DNA of 64,000 nucleotides. Origin: Phoronis australis (lineage: Eukaryota > Animalia > Phoronida). Positions 11,901 through 21,745 of the stretch are shown here, piece after piece. Within the stretch, counting starts at the first letter, position 1. Every line of letters begins with the position of its first letter. Both the position numbers and the translations under genes were made by a program. Under the pieces are notes generated by a model. The model was not told the origin of the DNA. It did no database searches and saw only the letters and a list, made by a program, of their open reading frames with translations. The DNA lies in assembly GCA_002633005.1 (NCBI GenBank), contig NMRA01000593.1, positions 185,348-249,347 on the forward strand, written 5' to 3'.

Positions 11901-14900
11901 ACAAAATACAATTTGCTGTTCATTTCCTGTTGAGAAATTCAACAAAATCAAATTTCACTTTTCCGCCACATTACATTTTAAACCAAAGCAAGTCTGCTGA
12001 GGTAAGAAAAAATCTTTCTCCTCTCCCTGTGACACTAGGCCAGTGTATATGAAGTGTACACCTACTCTCACCTGTTTAGAAGGGTCCCTGGTTACCCAGT
12101 TGTCAGGTATGTCTGGACTCTTCTCTATTCCACATTGACTGTGAGTAGAATTCTCATCCTCAGTGAACTCTTGTTTACAATAGCGGCACGTGGACTGAAA
12201 TCAAACACAGGACAAAATTAAACAAACGTCTTTTGGTGACAACAATTGAAATTACCATGGTCTCAGGATGTGAATTCCAATCCTGAAAGTACTCAAACAA
12301 TTTGAATTTCAGTTTTTCAGTATCTAAATGTGAAATTCAAAAGTTATACTTAAATTTCTCATATTTTCCATTGATCAGTATTAGCTCTAAAGACAAGTGC
12401 CTTTAATTTTGCACCCGTCTATATTATATATGATACCATGGCACTTTTTTATTGCCTGGCTGACATAACAAAACGGACTCTTTCGAACAAAATACCTAAA
12501 CCGTGTACTACAACACACTACCCACAACGGGACGGTGTATTCCTGCAAACCACATACTAGACAAAAATAAAATACATTTCTTTTATCCTCAATCTCCAGC
12601 TATATATCAAGTAAACCCATCAGTTAACTACATCCACCTGTTGCCAGACACTACATTTACCTGTCTACACTGCGGACAAGTTAGCACCTTCACATCATCA
12701 TCAAGATGGACAACCAAATTACAACCGGGGCAGCTAAAGAGAACAAAGAGGAGAATTGCACGACAGTCAAGCAGGTAAACACAAACACAAACAACAAAAT
12801 AGGCAGAACCCAAGAAAAATTCCAAATTTGCCTATCTTCACAGTGAACACCATACTTCAGAAGTGCTTAATCGGATTCATATGAAACTTTCGAGCTCATA
12901 ACTTTTTCGTGAATGCCCACAATTTTTGAAAATATTGTCCGAGTCGTAGCTATGGTAACAGAAGGGTACACATGGAATAGCAAGAATTGGTTCCAACACG
13001 TCTTTGATGGAAAAATGGGAAATAAACATTCACCACATTGTGTCCTAAATTGATGAGATTTTTATCATAGATAAAGACTGAATTTCCAAGCTCAAAAATA
13101 AGCTCATAACCAGATTCAAGATCTTTCACACAGAACACTTACGCAATCATGCCTTGTGCATTCTCAATTTCCTTCAAGGCATCATGCTCCATGCGCTCTT
13201 CAATGGCATCAACGATAAATGATGGCAAGATCTTTCGAAGTTCAACTGTAAGTCAAAGAAGAAGGAAATTGAAATTAGAAAAAGGTCTTGTCGAAGTAAT
13301 GTGGGATTTCAACAGGTAGTGTCAACATAATTGATTGTTCCCTGCCCCTAACATAATTGATTGTTCACTTCCCAAAAGTAATTTCATTAATAGTGACCTG
13401 GCAATGAACTTACCATTCAAGCACATCATCATGTGCATTACATGTCTAAAGTCTACAAATGACTTAATTATCCAATACATGAAACATAATTGCAAGTAGT
13501 TTATCCCGTTCAATTCGCCATCTTTTTGATCACATCACGTGACCTAATGTATAATATAAGTCCGAAAAGATTTCTGCCCCCGACCGGGACTCGAACCCAG
13601 GACCTTCTGCTAACCGTGCAGACGCTCCATCCACTGAGCCATCGGGACCACTGGTCAGACACAGAAATCCAATCGGACTTAGTAGTGGGCATCTTGCCCA
13701 TGATCTCCATTGTGTACGTAAATATCATCTTTTTCACATTAGGTCACGTGATGTGATCAAAAAGATGGCGGATTGAACAAAAAGATGGCGGATTGAACGG
13801 GATAAACTACTTGCAACATATTCCAAGCCTCACTTAAAAAGATGATATTTACATGAAAAATATTATTAAGTGAAATAACTGGCTCACAGTATCACATCAT
13901 TGTTTGCATAGCAAGCTCCTTTCCAAGAAGACAGAGCTTTTTGCATTTTCGCATTATCAACAAACCTGACATTACTAGCGGAGTTACATTTACATAATAC
14001 ACTTCCTATAAAGGTGTTAGGTGAATTCATAAGGCTTAACCACACGCCACCTGTTGAGATGGCACCACATTACCTAATGGTATGGAGTACCCACAATCCT
14101 TCACTGGGCAGTCAACAGAAAACTGTAACAAAGAAACTTTAATCAGTATCTCATTCATGAACCTAACACTACACAGAGATAAAATCACAGGCAGGACAAA
14201 GTGGGCAACAGAATATTTTTGTTAAGAAATTTTCACCAGGCAAATTGCAATAATGAAAAAAATATAATCGACAACTGAAATTTTGCGTAAATGACACTCT
14301 ATAAGATTTTGTAACCTGGACTATATACTTATGAAGGACACATTCATTGATAATAGAAAAATAATGTAATATCAAGTACGACCTAAGTTACCTCTTTGCC
14401 TTGGCCTTTAATGGCTTTCTTTGCATTATCTTCCATACATTTCCCACAAGTCAGGTGACCATCAAAGCAGACAACGAGCTTGTCGGGCAAGAATAAGGTC
14501 GAACAGGAGTCACAGGGAAACTTACTCTCTAAGGTTGGAGGAAAAGTACTTGTAATATTAAGAAGAGAAAACAAAGGTTGGTATGTTATTTAATAATTGC
14601 CTGTTCATATAACATAATGCAATCAAAGGTATTCTTCAAATCAATCAAATTTCGTAAATTGACAAATAAACCAAGCTAGTGTGCTGAATTAGAGGAGAAA
14701 TACTGTATTAAGGGGAACTGAATCAAAAACAAACTTAAAACAAATAAGTTACCTGCATCGTCTTTTGTTGAATTGTGTTTAACAGGAGAGAGATTAATCC
14801 ACGGCGACTCCCTGTCAGTATCATCATCAAGTAAACTCCTAGCCAGTTCATCATCGGTATCATCATTAAGTGACCCGTCATCACCATTGCGGGCATCATT

Positions 14901-16245
14901 GACCTCTCTTCGACGTCTACCTTTTAAAACTACCCGTGGTAAATGTTCCTCATATGACCTACTAAGGTATTCTTCGGCATTACCTGAGACGGGTGACATC
15001 TTATTGGTCCCACCATTGCGCTCAGATAAACCGTTGGATTTTTTCGGACTATCGTCAATATAAATTGACGCCGCTGAAGACGAAAAATTCCTCTTCTTAC
15101 TCCTATTTTTCGATACTAAACTAAGACTTGGCAATGCGTCGTCATCATTCCCAATGTTTAAAACACTTGGTAAAATATCTCCATCAGATTCGTCACTGCT
15201 GTGGTCACCAGTTCCAATCACTATCGATGACAACCGCTCCATCGATGAATTAATATACCTGCCCTTTGAAATGCCTCCAATCGCACGGCCATTACTTGTC
15301 TTAACAACAGAACCACTGGGCTTCTCAGATTTGTTTTTAAACAAATACTTTGTCCCATTTGCAAGTCCTTTACCCTTGCTACGAGAAACAACATGTTCAT
15401 TGACAATTTCTTCATCCGCCAGTTCGTCATAATCTGGCAATGAAGCTGAATAATCAACAAGTTTAGCACGTTTTGCGATAAACTCTGGTTCACCTGTAGA
15501 GCTCCCATTTGATCTGTCCACCAAATGTTTCCCTTCAGTACCGTCACCAAATCCATTACTTTTGCACGTCATTTCATTTGACCCCAAAGCAGAGCCTTCC
15601 CTCACCAACTTCCTTTTCTGAGAATGCGCTTCACCATTTTTCTCATTTGGCGAAGTGGCAATTACGGTAGTCGCACTGACTTTAGGATATTCAGTCATGG
15701 AAGAGATGTAACCACATACACGGTCACTGAGACCTTCGGTGCCGTATAACTGTCCCATGTCCGTCATCAACGACGTCAGCCATTTCTTATCCACTTCAGG
15801 GAAAATACTCGCCTGATTGAAGACAAAGAAATAACAAAAGAAATTCAGCAGACACTCGAATCTGTCTAAAATAGATTCATCACGATGACGCAGAATTGTA
15901 AGAATTTCATTTTCCATTCAAAATGTATATGGGAACAGATTTTCTGTTGACATTTTATTCTGGGACTGGAAGACGTTTCAACACACAATACACAGATCAA
16001 TGTAAGTTACAAATTCTAAACTGAGCTTAAACATGTCATTTGACCAAGGCAGAAAACAAATAAAGTTTGTTCTGTAAAGCATTATTCTGTTAAATACTTC
16101 ACAACGCCCTATTGAAGCAGTATTAAAATGAGTGAAATTTCCAGATAAAATTAAAAAGGATCTCACAGTTAAAAAAGTTTCAAGAATATTTAGCACTCAC
16201 CACAGCTTTGAAAGAATCTTCTGAAATAGGTCGACAGTCAGCCAT
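5905..16245 (-). CDS. RNF216-like RING1-IBR / mono-ADP-ribosyltransferase (PARP catalytic, H-Y-I) fusion protein, ~911 aa, 11 coding exons
   Basis: Exons (minus): 16245-16201, 15812-14753, 14528-14392, 14122-14074, 13245-13143, 12733-12661, 12194-12072, 10873-10737, 10262-10108, 8864-8799, 6692-5905. All introns are GT-AG, phases match, total 2736 nt is one open frame. Motifs: IFPEVDKKWL...EYPK; RING C-DS-C..C-FDG-H-LT-C-GK-C..C-PVKD-C; IBR CPGC..CPQC..TCRYC..H..C; PARP IPDNW, EYKEVAAKF, IERVENPHLW, NEKHLFHGTS, GTVFGHGTYFATSASTSHSY, MFVCRVLAGKY, LYDSVVD, PTIYVTF, NYPEYIITY. Confidence 0.88.
6586..6657 (-). repeat. Coding 36-bp tandem duplication (PPGFWGPSNSNG x2) inside the PARP-domain insertion
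   Basis: Two adjacent 36-bp units differing only at synonymous third positions (CCC/CCT, CCT/CCA, AAT/AAC). Confidence 0.85.
10462..10524 (+). repeat. Degenerate tRNA-derived (SINE-head-like) fragment in an intron
   Basis: GTGGCTAAGCGG (A box) ... GGTTCAAATCC (B box) at tRNA-like spacing; poor acceptor stem. Confidence 0.55.
13490..13816 (-). mobile_element. tRNA-like Pol III unit enclosed in nested inverted repeats (copy 2, well preserved)
   Basis: ~60-bp terminal IR TTGCAAGTAGTTTATCCCGTTCAATTCGCCATCTTTTTGATCACATCACGTGACCTAATGT (13490-13550) and its complement (13736-13816, with an internal 20-bp duplication). Inner IR TAAGTCCG..GATTTCTG / CAGAAATC..CGGACTTA. Core at ~13575-13649 has A box TGGCTCAGTGG, B box GGTTCGAGTCC, stem TCTGC/GCAGA and a downstream TTTT. 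Confidence 0.82.
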
Positions 16246-17704
16246 CTTTTCTGAAGTTCAGCGGATCAGTTCAATCCCCAGTTCAGTTGAAGCCTCAGCA
16301 CTGTTTAAACTTATCCTCACTAAATTATTCAACTATGTCCACTTGATCAGTCATTTATGATATCTCTAAATCCATTTTTCCTGATAGTCCTCCATAGAGT
16401 TTCTAGCAGAAAGAGCCTGTAATTAAATATTAAATTAGTTTACCAAATCGGAACTCTTTTTTGAGATCTATATTGAACTTTGAACTTTGAACTTGGAGCA
16501 GTCCTTTGTTGACTTATTATACCACTAGCATGCCCGTTTGGTGACATCAGCAACATCAAGAGCAACATCTATCACCAATTATCATTTGCTGGAATGGTGA
16601 AGGAAGCATCCTTTTGAGAATTTGACACCGATCCGTAAGTTTCAGAAAACTTGCATTATTTGTTGATATTACTGGCAAAATTGTCTTTTTATTTGCTTAT
16701 TTTTTTTTGGATTAACCTACAAGTCTTGGGAGGCCCCACGAGTGAGATTGAGTGTGCTTATGTAAAAAACTTGTTTCATAATATTGCATCTATCAGGGCT
16801 TGGTTGTATAAAACTTCAAAATTATCCACTGGATAAGTCTGATTGTTGCATGACGTCAGGTGCATTGTTCAACAATAACATGTGACACGTGATAATGCGA
16901 CGTCATTGTTACTATATGGCACATGAATTTTATGCAACTGAGCCATGTATGCAAGAATACTTTTTAAAAAAAACTATCAGATTGTAATTTTTTTCAAAGA
17001 TATAGTTACGCGTTGCAAATTAGATCCAGTAAACCTTTAATTGATTTAGGCAAGAATGTACTATAAGAATGGCATAATCCGTTTTCTTAATGTGTTCATT
17101 AAAAAATTTCACCACTAGATGTCGGTTCTGATGTTGATGACTTCACTGAAAGGGTTCACAGCTAAACAAAAAAGCCTCCTTCAGAGTTCAATAATAAACG
17201 AGGAGAGTTAAAATGTGGAGAGAAATCCACGTACATGACTTGTCAAAAGTAATGTTTCCCATCACGAACGCTGTCATGACCTGCCATTTTAGCATTTGCA
17301 CTGAGCCGTCATGATACGAAATTATGCTTACATTCACGTGTTTGTGTAATGAATTCAGAGTCACTTTAAATGTCTCTTGAGCACGTGGATACGTTCACAA
17401 CTCTAGCTTAACACATAACAAAGTTACGCCAGTTCAAAGTGGGACCGATATATCCGACTAGTGTTGCATTGGTGTTTTAAATTACTTTTTAACAAAAGAA
17501 AAATAACTAAAAACAGCCATCCAAAAAATAATAATGTGGTGAACCATTTCATATCGCATAATCATCCTCAACTTGTCATTTGGGCAAGATAGATCATTGC
17601 TGTTGGCGGTGTCACTTGCTTAGACTTGGAGCCCCTTCTGTGTTGGCGGTATCAGTGCCATTTTTGTCATTGATCGAGGACAGCAGCCCATTACGAGATA
17701 TCAG

Positions 17705-19635
17705 CATTTTGAGGAAATCCCTGGATTCAGGGGATATAACGTCATACCACCTGCTGTGCGCAGTGTTAAAAATGGCCAGTTTCAAATTTTGGGAACTGAA
17801 CGATGGACTACTCTAATAAAAAGTTTGATAACGAAAGAATTTGTTTGAGTTGGAAGGAATTAAAGGCATCTACGGCCTCCTAAGCTGTCCCTCTATGAGC
17901 AAAACCTACTAACTTATAACATGATTTTGAGGATTTTAATCAGTGTGAAGCATAACTCGCCAAAAAGCTTCCGGAGTATGAAGTGCCTACAGGAGCTTCA
18001 CCGTCTCTACTGAACCAGGTAGAGACGGTGGTCACTGTCCGGTGGTCTCCTAGCCTAGTCAGCCTGGCTGATAGACAGTGATCACCGTCTCTAGCTGAGT
18101 AGCCCAGTAGAGACAGTGGAGCTGCATACGCCAAAAGCTTTTCGGTGAATTATGCTTCACACTGACTAAAAAATCAAAGTCACGTTATAAATACCTTTTG
18201 CACATAGACAGACACCTTAGGAAGTCGTCGATGTATTGAATTCCTACCAACTCGAAGATATACTCCCGTTATCAAACTTTTTCTTCAAACTGTCCCTCGT
18301 TCAGTGAACCCAAAATCGGTAACTCGCCATTTTTAACACTGGACACGGCAGGTGGTATGACGTCATATCTCCTGCCATGCGGGTGTAAAAATGGCAAGTT
18401 ACCGATTTTTGGGAACTGAACTGGGGACTGATTGAAAAAAAAGTTTGATAACGGCAGTATTTCTTCGAGTTAAAAGTAATTAAATACATCGACGGCCTAA
18501 TAAGGTGTCCCTCTATGTGCAAAAGGTATTTATAANGAACCATTTCATATCGCATAATCATCCTCAACTTGTCATTTGGGCAAGATAGATCATTGCTGTT
18601 GGCGGTGTCACTTGCTTAGACTTGGAGCCCCTTCTGTGTTGGCGGCATAAGTGCCATTTTTGTCATTGATCGAGGACAGCAGCCCATTACGAGATATCAG
18701 CATTTTGAGGAAATCCCTGGATTCAGGGGATATAACGTCATACCACCTGCTGTGCGCAGTGTTAAAAATGGCCAGTTTCCAATTTTGGGAACTGAACGAT
18801 GGACTGCTCGAATAAAAAGTTTGATAATGAAAGTATTTGTTTGAGTTGGAAGGAATTAAAGGCATCTACGGCCTCCTAAGCTGTCCCTCTATGAGCAAAA
18901 CGTACTAAATTATAACATGATTTTGATGATTTTAATCAGTGTGAAGCATAACTCGCCAAAAAGCTTCCGGAGTATGAAGTGCCTATAGGATCGTCATCGT
19001 CTCTACTGAACCAGGTAGAGACAGTGGTCACTGTGTCTCCTAGACTAGTCAGCCTGGCTGATAGACAGTGATCACCGTCTCTAGCTGAGTAGCCCAGTAG
19101 AGACAGTGGAGCTCCTATAGGAGCTGCATACGCCAAAAGCTTTTCGGTGAATTATGCTTCATACTGACTAAAAAATCAAAGTCACGTTATAAATACCTTT
19201 TGCACATAGAGGGACACTTTAGGAAGTTGTCGATGTATTTAATTCCTTCAGGCTCGAAGAAATGCTCCCGTTATCAAACTTTTTCTTCAAACTGTCCCTC
19301 GTTCAGTGAACCCAAAATCGGTAACTCGCCATTTTTAACACTGGGCACGGCAGGTGGTATGACGTCATATCTCCTGCCATGCGGGTGTAAAAATGGCAAG
19401 TTACCGATTTTTGGGAACTGAACGGGAGACTGATTGAAGAAAAAGTTTGATAACGGCAGTATTTCTTCGAGTTAAAAGTAATTAAATACATCGACGGCCT
19501 AATAAGGTGTCCTTCTATGTGCAAAAGGTATTTATAACAACATGACTTTGATGTTTAAGTAAGTGTGAGGCATAATTCGCCGAAAAGCTTCCGGCGTATG
19601 AAGCTCCTGTAGGAGTTCCGCCGTCTCTACTGAGC
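17705..19635. repeat. Array of ~270-300-bp monomers in alternating orientation (foldback/palindromic repeat)
   Basis: The monomer (...GTTAAAAATGGC...GGGAACTGAAC...AAAGTTTGATAA...CCGTCTCTACTG) occurs +,-,+ twice. Palindrome centres TATGACGTCATA at 18356-18367 and 19358-19369. The ~1-kb doubling across the N at 18536 may be an assembly artefact. Confidence 0.8.
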
Positions 19636-19729
19636 TAGGCAACACGTAGCCCCTCCGTTGGCCAGTTAGATGTTACTAGTGCAATACTTCCCATCGCTTT
19701 CTGTACTAATTTCGTCTCGTGTATTTTCA

Positions 19730-20125
19730 ATGGGCGGTAGGCGAAATCCACACACCGATTAAGAGTTTTCACCATTTTAAAAATATCTACACTGATAACT
19801 ATCACTTAAAAAGACGCTTACTTTCTTCATTGATCCTTTTTGCTTCTACACAAATCTTTAATGAAGCATAGCTATGAGAATTAAGGTGACTTTGGTGAAG
19901 AACTCCAACTCCACTTTTTTGGTCATCGTTAAGTTTTTGACTGTGTGCGTGATAACCACAAATTTTTTAACTTGAGTCACGTGGGCTAGGCAAAGGCTAG
20001 TGCGAGACTGAGCGAAACGTGTGACATGGCAATGAAACTTGCAAATGTGTTAGATTTGCGTCCCTTGGACTATTTGTTCATCAACAGGCATGATTTCATG
20101 TAACTTCCTCAAAATGGCACCCGGT
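19730..20125. repeat. Dispersed ~400-bp repeat, copy 1 (copy 2 at ~48808-49229)
   Basis: Collinear similarity from GGGCGGTAGGCGAAATCC through ...AAGAACTCCAACTCCACTTTTT... to CCTCAAAATGGCACCCGGT. A second shared block lies at ~21030-21088 vs ~49397-49450. Confidence 0.8.
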
Positions 20126-21623
20126 GAGAGAGTCATGGTACCTGTTAGCCAGCCAGCTAGCTGTATGAAGACCGTCGTCAAAATACAGCTAGGTACCACT
20201 GTGTGTATTTCTTCCGAAAACCCCGAAATTGCACACAGCCGGGGTAGATCTGCTCGTCAACTCGCTGTGAAGCCTGTATCAATATGTAAAGCTAAAGACC
20301 GGACGGGGTGCATGCAAAATCTGGGAATCAACCGACACTCACCTTGCCCGTTACAGCCGTTTAAGTGAAAAACAATGCAATAAATGTCATTTTCTTGCAT
20401 AACTCTCCGCCTTTTCTAACAATGAAAAGTATGTCTTTGTTTTGAAAACAGTACGCTCATGTCACGCGCATGTGCTATTTCCGAATTTTTTTGCGACATC
20501 TCTCGGGAGATGATGGTAGTTTGACAGCAGCAAAATTTCTTCTGAAATTCGGTTTTTCGGTATCAAAATTCTAAAAACTTGTAATGAAGTGAAACCAGTT
20601 CTGATAATTTGTTGTGACGTGTACGCAACCTCGTGAAAGAAGAACAGTTGATTGCAGAATCGGCAAAAAAATGAACTGGCCAATAGGTGACGCAATATTT
20701 CATGGCACCGAAAGCCGTCACTAAAGATCGCTCCACAACTTCAGCAGCAGAATAACGGTAGAACGCCATTTTTTCCAACACCGTCAAATAATTTAGTTTA
20801 CACAAGGAAGACTGCAGTTTTTAATGACACTAATTCTGTGTCACATTTTATCTTACCACTTTTTTACCCACATCTGTGCAAAGCTGTATATTTACTAGTA
20901 TACAGAACATACACCTATGTACCAAGTCTACCAAGGCTAGGCTTAACTGTTCATTATAACTCTATGAGCAAACATGCATGTTTCATTCGATTTTGTTTGT
21001 TGTGTTTTTGAATGAGTAAATTTTTATGGGGATGTACTATCGCCCCTGTATGCCTGCAGCATTCACTCAGGGCGATGTAACTGCCTACTACACTTGTACT
21101 ACTCAGTACTACTGAGTATTGGGCCAGCTAGACTCCATCATTCATGATTCATGATTCATTGCCAACTGACAACTAACATACGGTGCTTCATGCTATCCTG
21201 CTAAATCCGCCCATAGGCCTAACACAGTGACCGCTATAGCGTGAACAATTTTACCAACACAAACCAAGGCGATAACTCACAATTTATGCACCACTGACGG
21301 TAAAAGCCCACTGACGACTCGGCTCCGCTGGAATTTCCCAAACTTCGATATCAACAAGATTGAGCGGATATAGTCTCATAACCAAATGTTAGGTTTTTCC
21401 AATAGTCTAGAATCGAAATATAATTGACTTTGAAAGGTGGAATTACTCCGCGACTGGGAAAATGTTAACCGTCTAATAATTTATACTAATCCAAAAATAA
21501 ATCTTTATTAATTTGAAAACAAAATCCCTTTGTTTGAATCTGGAAAGTTCCTGAGATAAATTTTAAAATATTCATTTTATCCATGAAAATAGTCTTTTTA
21601 CAACGAACTATATTCTGTTCCCT

Positions 21624-21637
21624 GGCTCCATGGAGAC
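21624..21637. promoter_or_regulatory. RFX X-box-like site upstream of CFAP58
   Basis: GGCTCCATGGAGAC, a near-palindrome resembling the X-box (GTYNCCATGGNRAC), ~110 bp upstream of the ATG of a motile-cilia gene. Confidence 0.5.
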
Positions 21638-21745
21638 GTGAAAATAACTGGACGAACAGACAATATTCTTGTTGGGTGCTGATGGTTCAATTTGCAACTT
21701 GATTGACATTTTTACGATTTGAAGTGATCAAGAGGATATATCATA

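Noticed and set aside
10874-12071. Hidden RING2 exon that would restore a canonical RBR
   Set aside because: No RING2-like Cys/His pattern with splice sites was seen. The flanking exons join in phase 0, and the PARP-leading IPDNW motif is already in the IBR-ending exon.
13575-13649. Functional tRNA gene (nominal GGT anticodon)
   Set aside because: The anticodon loop lacks U33, the acceptor stem has a mismatch, and a more degenerate sister copy exists. Treated as a tRNA-derived element.
14676-15917. 413-aa ORF as a stand-alone gene
   Set aside because: It is exon 2 (15812-14753) of the fusion gene plus intronic read-through at both ends.
16474-16491. TGAACTT x3 nuclear-receptor-like direct repeats near the PARP-fusion 5' UTR acceptor
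   Set aside because: Short simple repeat in AT-rich DNA with no independent support for regulation by the neighbouring receptor.
17541-19537. ~1-kb near-identical tandem duplication (17541-18535 vs 18537-19537)
   Set aside because: The copies meet exactly at a single N and differ by scattered SNPs and indels, as expected when two alleles or overlapping contig ends are joined. Not accepted as real without long reads.
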